Shown in pieces: positions 1-9,873 of a stretch of 64,000 nt of DNA (its first letter is position 1; each line of letters starts with the position of its first letter). This stretch comes from Nostoc sp. (GTDB lineage Bacteria > Cyanobacteriota > Cyanobacteriia > Cyanobacteriales > Nostocaceae), in the NCBI GenBank assembly GCA_036918135.1, contig JBALDB010000027.1:1-64000 (forward strand), in the 5' to 3' direction. The notes beneath the pieces are model-generated. The model was given only the letters and a program-made list of their open reading frames with translations, did not search any database and had not been told where the DNA came from. The position numbers and the translations under genes are program-made.

Positions 1-38
1 CTAGAGTCGCAATAACCGCTCCTGCTATCAATGGTTAA
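1..38 (+). CDS. psbA: Probable 3' tip of photosystem II D1 protein gene (partial, window edge)
   Basis: Frame 3-38 reads R-V-A-I-T-A-P-A-I-N-G-stop, matching the D1 C-terminal extension (...PVAxTAPAING); only 11 codons visible. Confidence 0.6.
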   Translation, partial: RVAITAPAING

Positions 39-59
39 TTATCAAGCTTAGTTAAATCA

Positions 60-96
60 AGAACGCTCTCCAAACACGGGGGGCGTTTTTGTTTTC
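60..96 (+). terminator. Intrinsic terminator after putative psbA
   Basis: AACGCTCTC-loop-GGGGGCGTT hairpin followed by a T-rich tract. Confidence 0.65.
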
Positions 97-174
97 AGAA
101 GTATTTGGTTAAAAAAAATTCAAAAAGTATCTTCTTGTATCTTCAAATTAAAATCCATCCCTTCAACGCGTAAA

Positions 175-717
175 TTATTCACTTATGGTAAGTGCCTCTG
201 CTCGCGCTCGCAAAGCTAGTAATAATCTTTCATAACCATCTTGCTCATACAAATTTACCCACTGCCATTGGTGTAACCTTTGAGGAATATCACACTCTTC
301 CAACTTTGCTGGAATAATAAAGATGCTACCTTCGGGCTGTTCTTCAGCAACATCTAATGCAAATTTTACTTCCCTTTGAACAAAACCAATCTTGTTAATG
401 GATCGATGGGAGAGGCAAACAATTACAACATCAGAATTACGCACAGCCCTTGTAATCTCTAGCTTCCAATCTTGACCAGGTATTAAAGCTTTCTTATCGA
501 GCCAAGGATTAATACGATTTTCACATAGCTTATTGTAGAGTTTTTCTATTTCAGACTTGTCATCAGAAGCATGGCACAAGAAAGCCCGCAGTTGTCTGAT
601 CTCACCAGATGCATTAGTAATCACGATGGGGCCAAAGACTTCGACTACGTTATTTTTAATATAAATAATGCCATAATCATTTGGGTCTTGTCCTTCCCAA
701 TGAACGCTGCCAGTCAA
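175..717 (-). CDS. TIR (TIR_2-like) domain protein; C-terminal half of a gene split by an in-frame stop
   Basis: AFLCHASDDK...PWLDKKALIPGQDW...SDVVIVCLS...FVQRE...IIPAKLEECDIP; same frame as the 727..1119 ORF. Confidence 0.8.
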   Translation of the reverse strand: MTGSVHWEGQDPNDYGIIYIKNNVVEVFGPIVITNASGEIRQLRAFLCHASDDKSEIEKLYNKLCENRINPWLDKKALIPGQDWKLEITRAVRNSDVVIVCLSHRSINKIGFVQREVKFALDVAEEQPEGSIFIIPAKLEECDIPQRLHQWQWVNLYEQDGYERLLLALRARAEALTISE

Positions 718-726
718 GCTGTATCC

Positions 727-1119
727 TTAGGGATTAAAAAAGTTTTTAATTAGATACAACAACCAATCAATATAGCAATTGAACTTCTCTGCTTGGTTCC
801 AAATAATTTTTGTTCCATCATCGTTGGGAGTCCAATCACACCATAGACTAGGCTGCTCACTTGGAGGAAAATTTTGATATAAAATTGAAGGGTGTCGATA
901 TTGTTGATCGTTCTTAGAACTAGTTCTTATAAAATAAGCTCCCTCGGCTCCTATAGGTAAACCTACAGCCTCTCGAATAGGATCGCGAATTTTCTCTAGC
1001 TTAGTAACGAGCCTCTTCATATGCCGGATATCGCTGAACGCTTTGAGATAAGCTAGATGTTCTGCTTTAAGTGGTTTATCGAGTTGGAAACTTCCTTGAA
1101 ATTCTGTATGATAACCCAT
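727..1119 (-). CDS. Hypothetical protein, N-terminal half of the split TIR fusion
   Basis: 130-aa ATG ORF whose TAA lies exactly 3 codons upstream of, and in frame with, the TIR ORF. Confidence 0.7.
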   Translation of the reverse strand: MGYHTEFQGSFQLDKPLKAEHLAYLKAFSDIRHMKRLVTKLEKIRDPIREAVGLPIGAEGAYFIRTSSKNDQQYRHPSILYQNFPPSEQPSLWCDWTPNDDGTKIIWNQAEKFNCYIDWLLYLIKNFFNP

Positions 1120-1238
1120 TTACAAACGTCCATTTGCTACCAAGATTCCCATTTTAGCTGTAATGAATTAAATGACTACTCCAAAATTTTATAGGAATGT
1201 CATTATAGTTAAGGTGAAAACATTCTGGAGACAAGACA

Positions 1239-1835
1239 ACGGTTTACGCACGCCCTTTAGCACGATTAATTGAGCAGTTGCAACGCCTGCCAGGAGTTGG
1301 CCCTAAATCTGCCCAACGACTGGCTTTGCATATTTTGAAGCGACCAGAAGCAGAAGTAGAAGCTTTGGCGCAAGCTTTGGTGGAGGCAAAAAAACAGATA
1401 GGCTTGTGTTCAGTCTGTTTTCACTTATCTGCTGAGCCAGTTTGTGAAATTTGTCGCAATGTCAACCGTGATAATAATACTATTTGTGTAGTAGCAGATT
1501 CTCGTGATGTGATTGCCCTAGAAAAAACTCGCGAGTATAAGGGCAAGTATCACGTTTTGGGTGGGGTGATTTCGCCCATTGATGGAATTGGGCCAGAACA
1601 ATTAACTATTCAAGCTTTGGTGCGCCGGGTCAGTAAGCAACAACCTCAAGAAGTGATTTTAGCAATTAGTCCAAGTGTGGAAGGGGAGACAACCACACTG
1701 TATCTCGGTCAGCTGCTGAAGCCATTTACCAAGGTGACACGAATTGCTTTTGGTTTACCTGTAGGCGGTGATTTGGAGTACGCTGACGAAGTGACTTTGG
1801 CAAGAGCCTTGGAAGGACGCAGGGAATTGGATTAG
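1239..1835 (+). CDS. recR: Recombination mediator RecR (start extended to ACG at 1239; ORF track starts at TTG 1278)
   Basis: [13 protein letters not shown]hH motif, C4 zinc finger CSVC...CEIC, Toprim [13 protein letters not shown]; upstream in-frame [13 protein letters not shown]. Confidence 0.95.
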   Translation, partial: TVYARPLARLIEQLQRLPGVGPKSAQRLALHILKRPEAEVEALAQALVEAKKQIGLCSVCFHLSAEPVCEICRNVNRDNNTICVVADSRDVIALEKTREYKGKYHVLGGVISPIDGIGPEQLTIQALVRRVSKQQPQEVILAISPSVEGETTTLYLGQLLKPFTKVTRIAFGLPVGGDLEYADEVTLARALEGRRELD

Positions 1836-2354
1836 AGTTAGAGTCAAATAAAGTAATATACTTACCACATTCTGCTGACCAAAGAATATTTTTCAATATA
1901 AAAATTTAGTTGCGAACTTCATACTTCTATTTCCGCTTTTAGATATTCAGCTTAAAGAAACTGAACTTTCAATTAAGTTTTTTCCACTTTTGTTGTTCAA
2001 TTGGATGAGCTAACTCATCTTCTCTTCAACTTACACCTGAGGGACTTACAGAAAATAAATTATCCCATTTTACAGTGGCTTCTGTTGAACAATTCACATA
2101 TTGCCCAATCTGTCAATGTATAACTTCTAATTTAGATTTTTGATAAAGATTGCGTGAAATTACTAGCTAATGTGATAAAGCATTACAAGAATTGCTTTAT
2201 AAATCAACCAATGAGTGGAGACAAACTCAACAATTAGCACACATTGACCACTATTTATCTAGCAGATAGATAGCAGTTTCAAAGTGAGTTTTTGCTGTTT
2301 GATTTAACCTACACGGTATAACATTCTCTCAATTAATATGAAGAGGACAGAAAC

Positions 2355-3014
2355 ATGACTACAATAGTAACCAAAATAGCCTTGTCCGTTCTAGGAGCAG
2401 CAGGAATTAGTTTTTTGTCTTTGACACCAGCCAGAGCTGTCATTTTTGTAGAACCCATTGTAACGACTAAAAATCAAGACATACTCGACACTAAACCCCC
2501 AAGAACCCTCACAGACTATCAACCAGGGCAAGTAGTAGAATATGGTGTCCCAGATGTAGCTAATAACTTCCTAAATGCCACCGGATACGATATAAATAGC
2601 TTAGTCTTTGACTTAAAAACGTTGTCCTATAGTAATCCTAATTCTACTCCACCATTTGATAATGAACCAGTGCAATGGGGAGATGTTAATGGAGATGGCA
2701 AGATTGGTTACTCTAATAACTCTGAGCTAAAAGATATTTTTAAAGATATTACTATCAATGGTAGTACTATCACTTTTAGTGGTGGCGTAATCCCAAACGG
2801 AAGTTTATTTTACAATCCATTCGCAACCCAGCCTAATCTAGCGCCAGGTGCTGGAATTATTCCAGCAATACCACCAGAGCAAGAAGACAAAGATGGGCCG
2901 ATTAGAGTGGCTGCTTATTACACTGTCATTCCTGAATCAACTAATATTTTAGGTGTACTAATCTTTGGGGCTTTAGGTGTAACTTTAAAACTCAAGCGAT
3001 CGCTACACTATTAA
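2355..3014 (+). CDS. PEP-CTERM-type exported protein
   Basis: Signal peptide ending PARA; C-terminal IPES + hydrophobic helix + basic tail; internal GDVNGDG motif. Confidence 0.75.
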   Translation: MTTIVTKIALSVLGAAGISFLSLTPARAVIFVEPIVTTKNQDILDTKPPRTLTDYQPGQVVEYGVPDVANNFLNATGYDINSLVFDLKTLSYSNPNSTPPFDNEPVQWGDVNGDGKIGYSNNSELKDIFKDITINGSTITFSGGVIPNGSLFYNPFATQPNLAPGAGIIPAIPPEQEDKDGPIRVAAYYTVIPESTNILGVLIFGALGVTLKLKRSLHY

Positions 3015-4063
3015 CCTTTTAACTCACTATACACTGCTAATGTCTCCTGATGAACGCGGGCAACACTCAGCCGATCTAGGTTTTGATTTGCCCGCTGTTT
3101 CCACTCGTGCAGCATATCAGCATTACTGAGTAATTGTACTAAAACCCCAGCTAAAGCATTGCTGTCTTTTACAGGTACTAAAAGACCTGCTTGCCCATTG
3201 TCCAAAGCTTCAGGAATTCCATCTACCTGAGTGCCAATAATCGCAACTCCAGCTTCCCTAGCTTCCGAAAGCACCAGGGGACAAGGGTCGCGGTGGGAAG
3301 CCAGCACAAATATATCGCAAGATTTGAGGTAGCGCTGAGGTTCTGGTTGGAAGCCTTGAAAATGAATGCGTTCTCTAGCAGAAGTTGCTTGTGCGTGTAC
3401 CTCAAATAACTGTTTATCAGGGCCATTGCCTACCAAATAAAGATGTACTTCGGGAAAATCTGAGGCAATCTGTTCAAAAGCAGCAATTAACTCCGTAATT
3501 CCCTTGCGTTGATACATCCCAGCTACGGTGGCGATCGCTGGACGCTGTAATGATAAGGTTTGATAATCTCCTATTTGCCGAGTGCGGGGACTACCCAGTG
3601 TTCCATTGCACACTACCCGTAACTTATTTTTTGGGATACCACGCCCTGCCATAGAATCTCGCACAGCCTGACTGACAGTAATTACTCTATCAGCCAAACC
3701 CATCAACAAGCTAGTACGCTGAAATTCATTGTGTACTGTGGAAACTAAAGCATATTGACCTTGAAAAATGCGTGCTAGCATGACTCCTGTCATCATATGT
3801 GCATGAACGATATCTGGCTGAAATTCTGCGGCGATCGCTCGGTAACCGATAGCAGCTTTTATAATACTTAATGGTTTCCTTGTTTGGTCTAATTGGTAAT
3901 GTTTGACGCCAAAGTTCTTTAGTAATACCTCGTATTCACCACCAGCAGAAATAACTGCTACCTTATGGCCAGATTTTGCCTGTAAACAAGCTAAATCTAC
4001 AGCTACATTTACAATACCGTTACCTATTTCTTGAACGTGGTTCAGAATATGTATGATTCGCAT
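3011..4063 (-). CDS. Glycosyltransferase family 4
   Basis: PDIVHAH, RKG, DPCPLVLSEA...GIPE GT-B motifs. Confidence 0.9.
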   Translation of the reverse strand: MRIIHILNHVQEIGNGIVNVAVDLACLQAKSGHKVAVISAGGEYEVLLKNFGVKHYQLDQTRKPLSIIKAAIGYRAIAAEFQPDIVHAHMMTGVMLARIFQGQYALVSTVHNEFQRTSLLMGLADRVITVSQAVRDSMAGRGIPKNKLRVVCNGTLGSPRTRQIGDYQTLSLQRPAIATVAGMYQRKGITELIAAFEQIASDFPEVHLYLVGNGPDKQLFEVHAQATSARERIHFQGFQPEPQRYLKSCDIFVLASHRDPCPLVLSEAREAGVAIIGTQVDGIPEALDNGQAGLLVPVKDSNALAGVLVQLLSNADMLHEWKQRANQNLDRLSVARVHQETLAVYSELKG

Positions 4064-4380
4064 AAAGTTTGAGATATGTATACAAAATTAAGATAAGTAA
4101 CTGAGTAGAAATCAACACAACTGTTGAAATCTTCAGCGACAACTTAAAAGTAGTCAGTAGTCTGTAATGACCACTTACTTATCACTAACTACTAGCGTTT
4201 CTAATCAGCTACTTAGCTTTAAAGACTTATTCAGTAATAGCTCGATAAATCGGGGTAAAACTCCAAAATTCTGATATCTGGTATCAACAGCAACTTGCTT
4301 GATATAAAAAACAAGGCGAGCAATATTTTCTAAATAATATAAGTTTGTCATTCTAAAAACTATCGTCAACGCTGAAAAAG

Positions 4381-5325
4381 TTAAGATTCAATCAATACGA
4401 ATTTACGAATCTGAGAATTATTTCCCTGAGCGCGACGTGATGAAACAGCAGTTAATAAATATTTCCAAGCTAAAGGAGAAAATACAGATGGTTCTATCAT
4501 TGAAAAAAAACTTTTGAGATTTTTTTGCTTAAGTGCTACTAAAATCCAATGTAATTTTAGGTAATTTTGGATATCCTGAAAGCGGGGAATCTTCAGACGG
4601 TGTTGCTCATTTACCAAGGCGTAAATTTTCTCTTTCATTAAGATATTTGTTGCCAACCGTCGAGATAAAGAAAACTTTTGATTATAAGCACCAGGCCAGA
4701 TAGTACGATAAGCAAGACACTGATTCAAGAAAATAGCATCACCAAATTGAGCAATCCGAATCCAGGAATCGATGTCATCACAATTAGCATCGAGTGTGGA
4801 GTCCCAACCACCAGTTTGTAAGAAAGCATCGCGCCGACAAGCTACTTGTGCAGGTGTACCGAAGGGTATAAGTTCTAGGAGCATACCGTAGTGAATATCG
4901 GCTTGGGGGATATAAAAAGCTAAACCAGGGCCAACTTGGGGAGTGCGAGAAAGTTCAACTTCATTGGCGTCTACCTGAGCTGCCACACAAGAGCAGATTA
5001 CAGCATCGGGACGAAGGGCGATCGCACCTGTCATTTCTTCTATACAATTGGCAGCCAAATAGTCATCATCATCGAGAAACTTAATCCACTCACCGCTAGC
5101 TTTGGCAACTCCAGCATTTACCGTCGCTGCATGACCTCGGTTAACTTGGTTACGATGATAAACAACTTTATCGCCTAAGCTTTTGACATAGTTTTGGGTG
5201 TCATCATTAGAACAGTCATCAGCAACAACCACCTCACATTCAATTGTTTGGTTACAAGCCGAGTCAATTGCTCTTTTGAGCAAGTCCAAGCGATTATAAG
5301 TAGTAATAACGACGCTAAATTTCAT
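4381..5325 (-). CDS. Glycosyltransferase family 2
   Basis: MKFSVVITTYNR, VVADDCS, FLDDDD (DxD). Confidence 0.9.
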   Translation of the reverse strand: MKFSVVITTYNRLDLLKRAIDSACNQTIECEVVVADDCSNDDTQNYVKSLGDKVVYHRNQVNRGHAATVNAGVAKASGEWIKFLDDDDYLAANCIEEMTGAIALRPDAVICSCVAAQVDANEVELSRTPQVGPGLAFYIPQADIHYGMLLELIPFGTPAQVACRRDAFLQTGGWDSTLDANCDDIDSWIRIAQFGDAIFLNQCLAYRTIWPGAYNQKFSLSRRLATNILMKEKIYALVNEQHRLKIPRFQDIQNYLKLHWILVALKQKNLKSFFSMIEPSVFSPLAWKYLLTAVSSRRAQGNNSQIRKFVLIES

Positions 5326-5476
5326 AAATTCATACCTGTGGTAGAGTATTCTGCAATATAACTTCCATTTCTGGGGTGTTGTATCAGTAAAATTATCAAT
5401 CTGCAATGGGTAGACTGAAATAGGATTATCGATTTATGATTGATGATTGTGAGTTTTTTAAGCAGACAGAAACATT

Positions 5477-5839
5477 ATGAACGCTCAAGAGGTTATCCGC
5501 TCGATTGAAGCGGAACAGTTAAAATCAAATCTGCCCGATATTTATGTGGGCGACACAGTAAAAGTAGGAGTGAAAATCAAGGAAGGCGATAAATACCGCG
5601 TTCAACCTTACGAAGGAGTAGTAATTGCCAAGCGCAATGGTGGCATTAACGAAACTATTACAGTCCGCAAAGTTTTTCAAGGTGTGGGCGTTGAGAGAGT
5701 ATTTCTGTTGCATTCTCCCCGGATTGACAGCATAAAAGTCTTACGTCGCGGTAAAGTACGCCGTGCTAAATTGTATTATCTGCGCGATCGCGTTGGTAAG
5801 GCAACCCGGATCAAGCAACGCTTTGACCGTCCTTTGTAA
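5477..5839 (+). CDS. rplS: 50S ribosomal protein L19
   Basis: [21 protein letters not shown]. Confidence 0.98.
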   Translation: MNAQEVIRSIEAEQLKSNLPDIYVGDTVKVGVKIKEGDKYRVQPYEGVVIAKRNGGINETITVRKVFQGVGVERVFLLHSPRIDSIKVLRRGKVRRAKLYYLRDRVGKATRIKQRFDRPL

Positions 5840-5990
5840 TTCCCTTTTAAAAGTATGAGAGAAATCTCAAGCCTGAAGCGGCATTTGCCGCTGACTTGTT
5901 TTATCAATTAAATTGAGCTATGATATAAATCTCATATTGCTTTAAACTAAAATTTAGCTCAAGGCAATCGCTGAATCAAAAACAGCTTGT

Positions 5991-6063
5991 GCGCTCTTAG
6001 TTCAGTTGGTAGAACGCAGGTCTCCAAAACCTGATGTCGGGGGTTCAAGTCCTCCAGGGCGCG
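5991..6063 (+). tRNA. trnW: tRNA-Trp (CCA)
   Basis: 73-nt cloverleaf with acceptor GCGCTCT/AGGGCGC, anticodon arm CAGG-TCTCCAAAA-CCTG, GTTCAAGTC T-arm; canonical position before secE. Confidence 0.97.
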
Positions 6064-6239
6064 CTCAAGAGCAAAAAACAAAGCCCGAAATAATTACGCA
6101 GCTGCTAAAATAGCAGCTAGCGTTAATAATTTCGGGTAAAATTATTGTATTTGCAGCTGTTTTACTAATAGTAAGTGGAATAGAGTCGAAGCTGCAAACC
6201 AAGACACCAAATTGACTGACAAACGGGGGATAAAGGGCT

Positions 6240-6461
6240 GTGAGCAAAAAAAATGAAGCAGAATTGCCAGAAAATACAAATGGGTTTAGCTTTGGTAACT
6301 TTATCCAAGGAACCAAAGAAGAACTTGAGAAAGTAGTCTGGCCTAGTCGCAAACAGATAGTGAGCGAATCCGCTGCCGTATTGTTAATGGTGGCACTCTC
6401 CGCATCTTTGATATACTTGGTCGATGGATTCTTTGGTTGGGCAGCAAAACAGGTGTTCTAA
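6240..6461 (+). CDS. secE: Preprotein translocase SecE
   Basis: ELEKVVWPSRK + TM helix; synteny. Confidence 0.95.
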   Translation: MSKKNEAELPENTNGFSFGNFIQGTKEELEKVVWPSRKQIVSESAAVLLMVALSASLIYLVDGFFGWAAKQVF

Positions 6462-7102
6462 TGAGTTTTGCAACAGATGAACCACGCAACTCAATGTTGC
6501 AGTCAGAGGAAACAACAGAAACACTAGAAACAGCGTCAAAAGAAGCACGCTGGTATGCGGTGCAGGTTGCTTCAGGCTGTGAAAAGCGTGTAAAGACTAA
6601 TTTAGAGCAGCGCATTCAAACTTTTGATGTCGCTGACAAAATTATCCAGGTGGAAATTCCCCACACACCAGCGGTAAAAATCCGCAAAGATGGTAGTCGC
6701 CAGCATACAGAAGAGAAAGTTTTTCCAGGCTATGTGCTGGTGCGGATGATGATGGATGATGATACGTGGCAGGTGGTACGCAACACATCTCATGTCATTA
6801 ATTTTGTTGGCTCAGAACAAAAACGTGGCAGTAGCAAGGGTCGCGGTCATGTTAACCCCATACCACTTAGTCTTTCAGAAGTAGAACGGATCTTCAAACA
6901 AACCAGCGAACAAGAGCCAGTTGTCAAAATTGATATGGCTACTGGTGATAAGATAATCGTGCTTTCTGGTCCATTTAAAGATTTTGAAGGCGAGGTGATT
7001 GAAGTCTCTCCAGAGCGGAGTAAGCTCAAAGCCTTGCTCTCGATTTTTGGTAGGGATACACCAGTAGAATTGGAATTTAATCAGGTAGAGAAACAGAGCT
7101 AA
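6461..7102 (+). CDS. nusG: Transcription factor NusG
   Basis: WYAVQVASGCE, FPGYVLV, KOW GPFKDFEG, IFGRDTPVEL; ATG overlaps secE stop. Confidence 0.98.
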   Translation: MSFATDEPRNSMLQSEETTETLETASKEARWYAVQVASGCEKRVKTNLEQRIQTFDVADKIIQVEIPHTPAVKIRKDGSRQHTEEKVFPGYVLVRMMMDDDTWQVVRNTSHVINFVGSEQKRGSSKGRGHVNPIPLSLSEVERIFKQTSEQEPVVKIDMATGDKIIVLSGPFKDFEGEVIEVSPERSKLKALLSIFGRDTPVELEFNQVEKQS

Positions 7103-7108
7103 ATACAA

Positions 7109-7534
7109 ATGGCGAAGAAAATAGTGGCGGTCATTAAACTAGCCTTAAATGCTGGAAAAGCCAACCCAGCACCGCCAGTAGGCCCCGCCTTGGGTCAACA
7201 CGGCGTCAATATCATGATGTTCTGCAAAGAGTACAACGCCAAAACAGCAGACCAAGCTGGAACGGTAATCCCCGTAGAAATTTCCGTTTTTGAAGACCGG
7301 AGTTTCACCTTTGTACTCAAGACGCCACCAGCGTCAGTACTGATTCGCAAGGCGGCAAAAATCGAAAGAGGCTCGAATGAACCCAACAAAAAGAAAGTTG
7401 GAAAAATTACCAGAGCGCAACTGCAAGAAATAGCCCAAACCAAACTTCCTGACCTCAATGCCAACGACATAGAAGCGGCGATGAAGATTGTGGAAGGAAC
7501 CGCTAAGAATATGGGTGTAACAGTCGCTGATTAA
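7109..7534 (+). CDS. rplK: 50S ribosomal protein L11
   Basis: [14 protein letters not shown]. Confidence 0.98.
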   Translation: MAKKIVAVIKLALNAGKANPAPPVGPALGQHGVNIMMFCKEYNAKTADQAGTVIPVEISVFEDRSFTFVLKTPPASVLIRKAAKIERGSNEPNKKKVGKITRAQLQEIAQTKLPDLNANDIEAAMKIVEGTAKNMGVTVAD

Positions 7535-7616
7535 TCATTGGTGATTTGTAATTAGTTGTTGGTCATTAGTTATTAATGAATCAATAAAGGACGAAGGACA
7601 AAAGATAAAATTGTAT

Positions 7617-7651
7617 CGGGGGAGAAGCAAAGCTTCGGAATTACCCCAGGA
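7617..7651 (+). promoter_or_regulatory. Putative L1-binding autoregulatory RNA before rplA
   Basis: GGGG-GAG-AAGC-aaa-GCTT-cggaatta-CCCC: stem, internal loop and hairpin abutting the SD, resembling L1 target sites. Confidence 0.55.
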
Positions 7652-7658
7652 GAAAAAA

Positions 7659-8375
7659 ATGACAAAAAAAGTATCACGTCGTTTGCAAGCACTGCAAGCA
7701 AAAGTAGAAGATAAAGATTATCAACCTTTAGAGGCTTTATCTCTGTTAAAAGACACGGCAACAGCTAAATTCCCCGAAGCAGCTGAAGCGCATATCCGGC
7801 TGGGAATTGACCCGAAGTATACAGACCAACAGTTGCGGACAACGGTAGCACTACCCAAAGGTACAGGACAAGTTATTAGGGTAGCAGTGATTGCTAGAGG
7901 TGAAAAAGTAACAGAAGCAACAAATGCTGGTGCTGATATAGCCGGTTCAGAAGAACTAATTGACGATATTCAAAAAGGCATGATGGACTTTGACAAGCTA
8001 ATTGCCACACCTGATGTCATGCCACAGGTGGCAAAGTTAGGTAAATTGCTTGGTCCTCGTGGTTTGATGCCATCGCCCAAAGGTGGAACTGTGACATTTG
8101 ATATCGCAAGTGCGATCGCTGAATTTAAAGCTGGTAAGTTAGAATTCCGAGCCGATCGCACTGGCATTGTCCATGTTATGTTTGGTAAGGCATCCTTCTC
8201 GCCTGAAGATTTGTTAGTCAACCTGAAGGCGTTGCAAGAAACAATTGACCGTAACCGTCCTTCAGGCGCTAAAGGTCGCTATTGGCGGACATTTTTTGTA
8301 TCTGCTACGATGGGACCATCGATTAAAGTTGATATCAGTGCCCTACGAGATTTGAAACTCAGCGAAGCAGCATAA
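7659..8375 (+). CDS. rplA: 50S ribosomal protein L1
   Basis: [23 protein letters not shown] 7659 after AGGAG. Confidence 0.98.
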   Translation: MTKKVSRRLQALQAKVEDKDYQPLEALSLLKDTATAKFPEAAEAHIRLGIDPKYTDQQLRTTVALPKGTGQVIRVAVIARGEKVTEATNAGADIAGSEELIDDIQKGMMDFDKLIATPDVMPQVAKLGKLLGPRGLMPSPKGGTVTFDIASAIAEFKAGKLEFRADRTGIVHVMFGKASFSPEDLLVNLKALQETIDRNRPSGAKGRYWRTFFVSATMGPSIKVDISALRDLKLSEAA

Positions 8376-8444
8376 TTTTTGTCATTAGTCATTTATAAAA
8401 ACAAGGACAAGTGACTTACGACAAAGGACAAAATTAAATAGTCA

Positions 8445-8592
8445 AAGCCGGAGACAGCAGGTGCTAATAGCTTAATATCCTGCCGAGGTGAAAACTTGAA
8501 TTGCCAAAATTACCACCGATATCGGTGTGATAACTATGGTGTCAAGGTTTTACTAATCAACCCCGGCTATCTCAGCTGGGGTTTGTTGTTTT
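8445..8592 (+). promoter_or_regulatory. L10 leader with downstream attenuator-like hairpin
   Basis: CCGGAGACAGCAGG...CTTAA..CCTGCCGAGG motif; AACCCCGGCT..AGCTGGGGTT followed by T-rich tract. Confidence 0.75.
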
Positions 8593-8658
8593 CGATTGAG
8601 TTGAGAAAAACGCACAAGGTAGGAAAATTGTTGATTGTTTTGAGGAGGTGAGATTGGA

Positions 8659-9210
8659 ATGGGTAGAACGATAGAAGATAAAAAAGAGATCGTAGCTGAC
8701 CTCAAAGAAACTTTGAGTGAGTCAACTTTGGCACTGGTAATAGAATATCAGGGGCTAACGGTTGCTGAAATTACAGACTTACGGCGGCGGTTACGCCCTA
8801 GTGGCACTGTTTGTAAGGTAACTAAAAATACCCTAATGGGCATTGCCATTGAAGGTCAGGAAAAATGGCAGCCATTATCAGAACTGCTCAAAGGTTCTTC
8901 AGCTTTTTTGCTGGTCAAAGAAGATTTTTCATCCGCAATTAAGGCTTATCAAGACTTCCAAAAAGCTACCAAGAAGACAGAACTTCGCGGCGGTGTTATG
9001 GAAGGTCGCCTGCTCAAAGAACCGGATGTCAAGGCTCTAGGAGACTTGCCTTCTAAGGAACAACTCATGGGGCAAATTGCTGGAGCAATTAATTCCTTGG
9101 CCAGCAAGATTGCTGTGGGTATCAACGAAGTTCCCGGTTCACTGGCTCGTGCTTTGCAGGCTGTGGCCGATGCAGAAAAAGGTGATAGCACCGAAAGTAC
9201 TGCCGAATAA
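8659..9210 (+). CDS. rplJ: 50S ribosomal protein L10
   Basis: [25 protein letters not shown]. Confidence 0.97.
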   Translation: MGRTIEDKKEIVADLKETLSESTLALVIEYQGLTVAEITDLRRRLRPSGTVCKVTKNTLMGIAIEGQEKWQPLSELLKGSSAFLLVKEDFSSAIKAYQDFQKATKKTELRGGVMEGRLLKEPDVKALGDLPSKEQLMGQIAGAINSLASKIAVGINEVPGSLARALQAVADAEKGDSTESTAE

Positions 9211-9259
9211 AGTTAGTAGTTGATCGGTTAAAAGTCTACAGCTAATGACTAATAACTAA

Positions 9260-9307
9260 TACTTCGGCTTACCTCGGCTCCGCTCGGCACAAGTCGCTCA
9301 GTACAAG
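9260..9307. repeat. Self-nested 24-nt small dispersed repeat within a TAATGAC heptamer tract
   Basis: TACTTCGGCT[TACCTCGGCTCCGCTCGGCACAAG]TCGCTCAGTACAAG. Confidence 0.8.
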
Positions 9308-9353
9308 TGACCAATGACTAAATAAATAATCACGTATTACAGGAGTTATATCA

Positions 9354-9743
9354 ATGTCCACTACAACCGATGATATTTTGGAAAAACTCAAATCCCTAAC
9401 TTTGCTGGAAGCAGCTGAGTTAGTCAAGCAAATTGAAGAAGCCTTTGGTGTGAGTGCTGCTGCACCTGTTGGCGTGGCGATCGCCGGGCCTGGGCCAACC
9501 ACCCAAACTGCTGAACCAGTAGAAGAAAAAACCGAGTTTGACGTGGTTCTCGAATCAGTTCCAGCTGATAAGAAGATTGCCGTACTGAAAATTGTCCGGG
9601 AATTGACCGGTCTGGGTCTGAAAGAAGCTAAAGATTTGGTGGAAGCTGCACCTAAATCAGTTAAGGAAGGTATTCCTAAGGATGCTGCTGAAGATGCTAA
9701 GAAGCGGATCGAAGAAGCTGGCGGTCAGGTGACTGTGAAGTAA
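9354..9743 (+). CDS. rplL: 50S ribosomal protein L7/L12
   Basis: [21 protein letters not shown]. Confidence 0.98.
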   Translation: MSTTTDDILEKLKSLTLLEAAELVKQIEEAFGVSAAAPVGVAIAGPGPTTQTAEPVEEKTEFDVVLESVPADKKIAVLKIVRELTGLGLKEAKDLVEAAPKSVKEGIPKDAAEDAKKRIEEAGGQVTVK

Positions 9744-9771
9744 TCACAATTACGTTACTTGTTTTTCATCG

Positions 9772-9802
9772 AGAAGCCTGAATCAGTCAGGCTTCTTTTT
9801 TT
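9772..9802 (+). terminator. Intrinsic terminator after rplL
   Basis: AGAAGCCTGA-atcag-TCAGGCTTCT then T-run. Confidence 0.85.
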
Positions 9803-9873
9803 GGCGTTGGTCAAATTAAATATACGGAAATTTTTTAGAACTTATGCACTGTACAAATGAACCATAATGTGTG

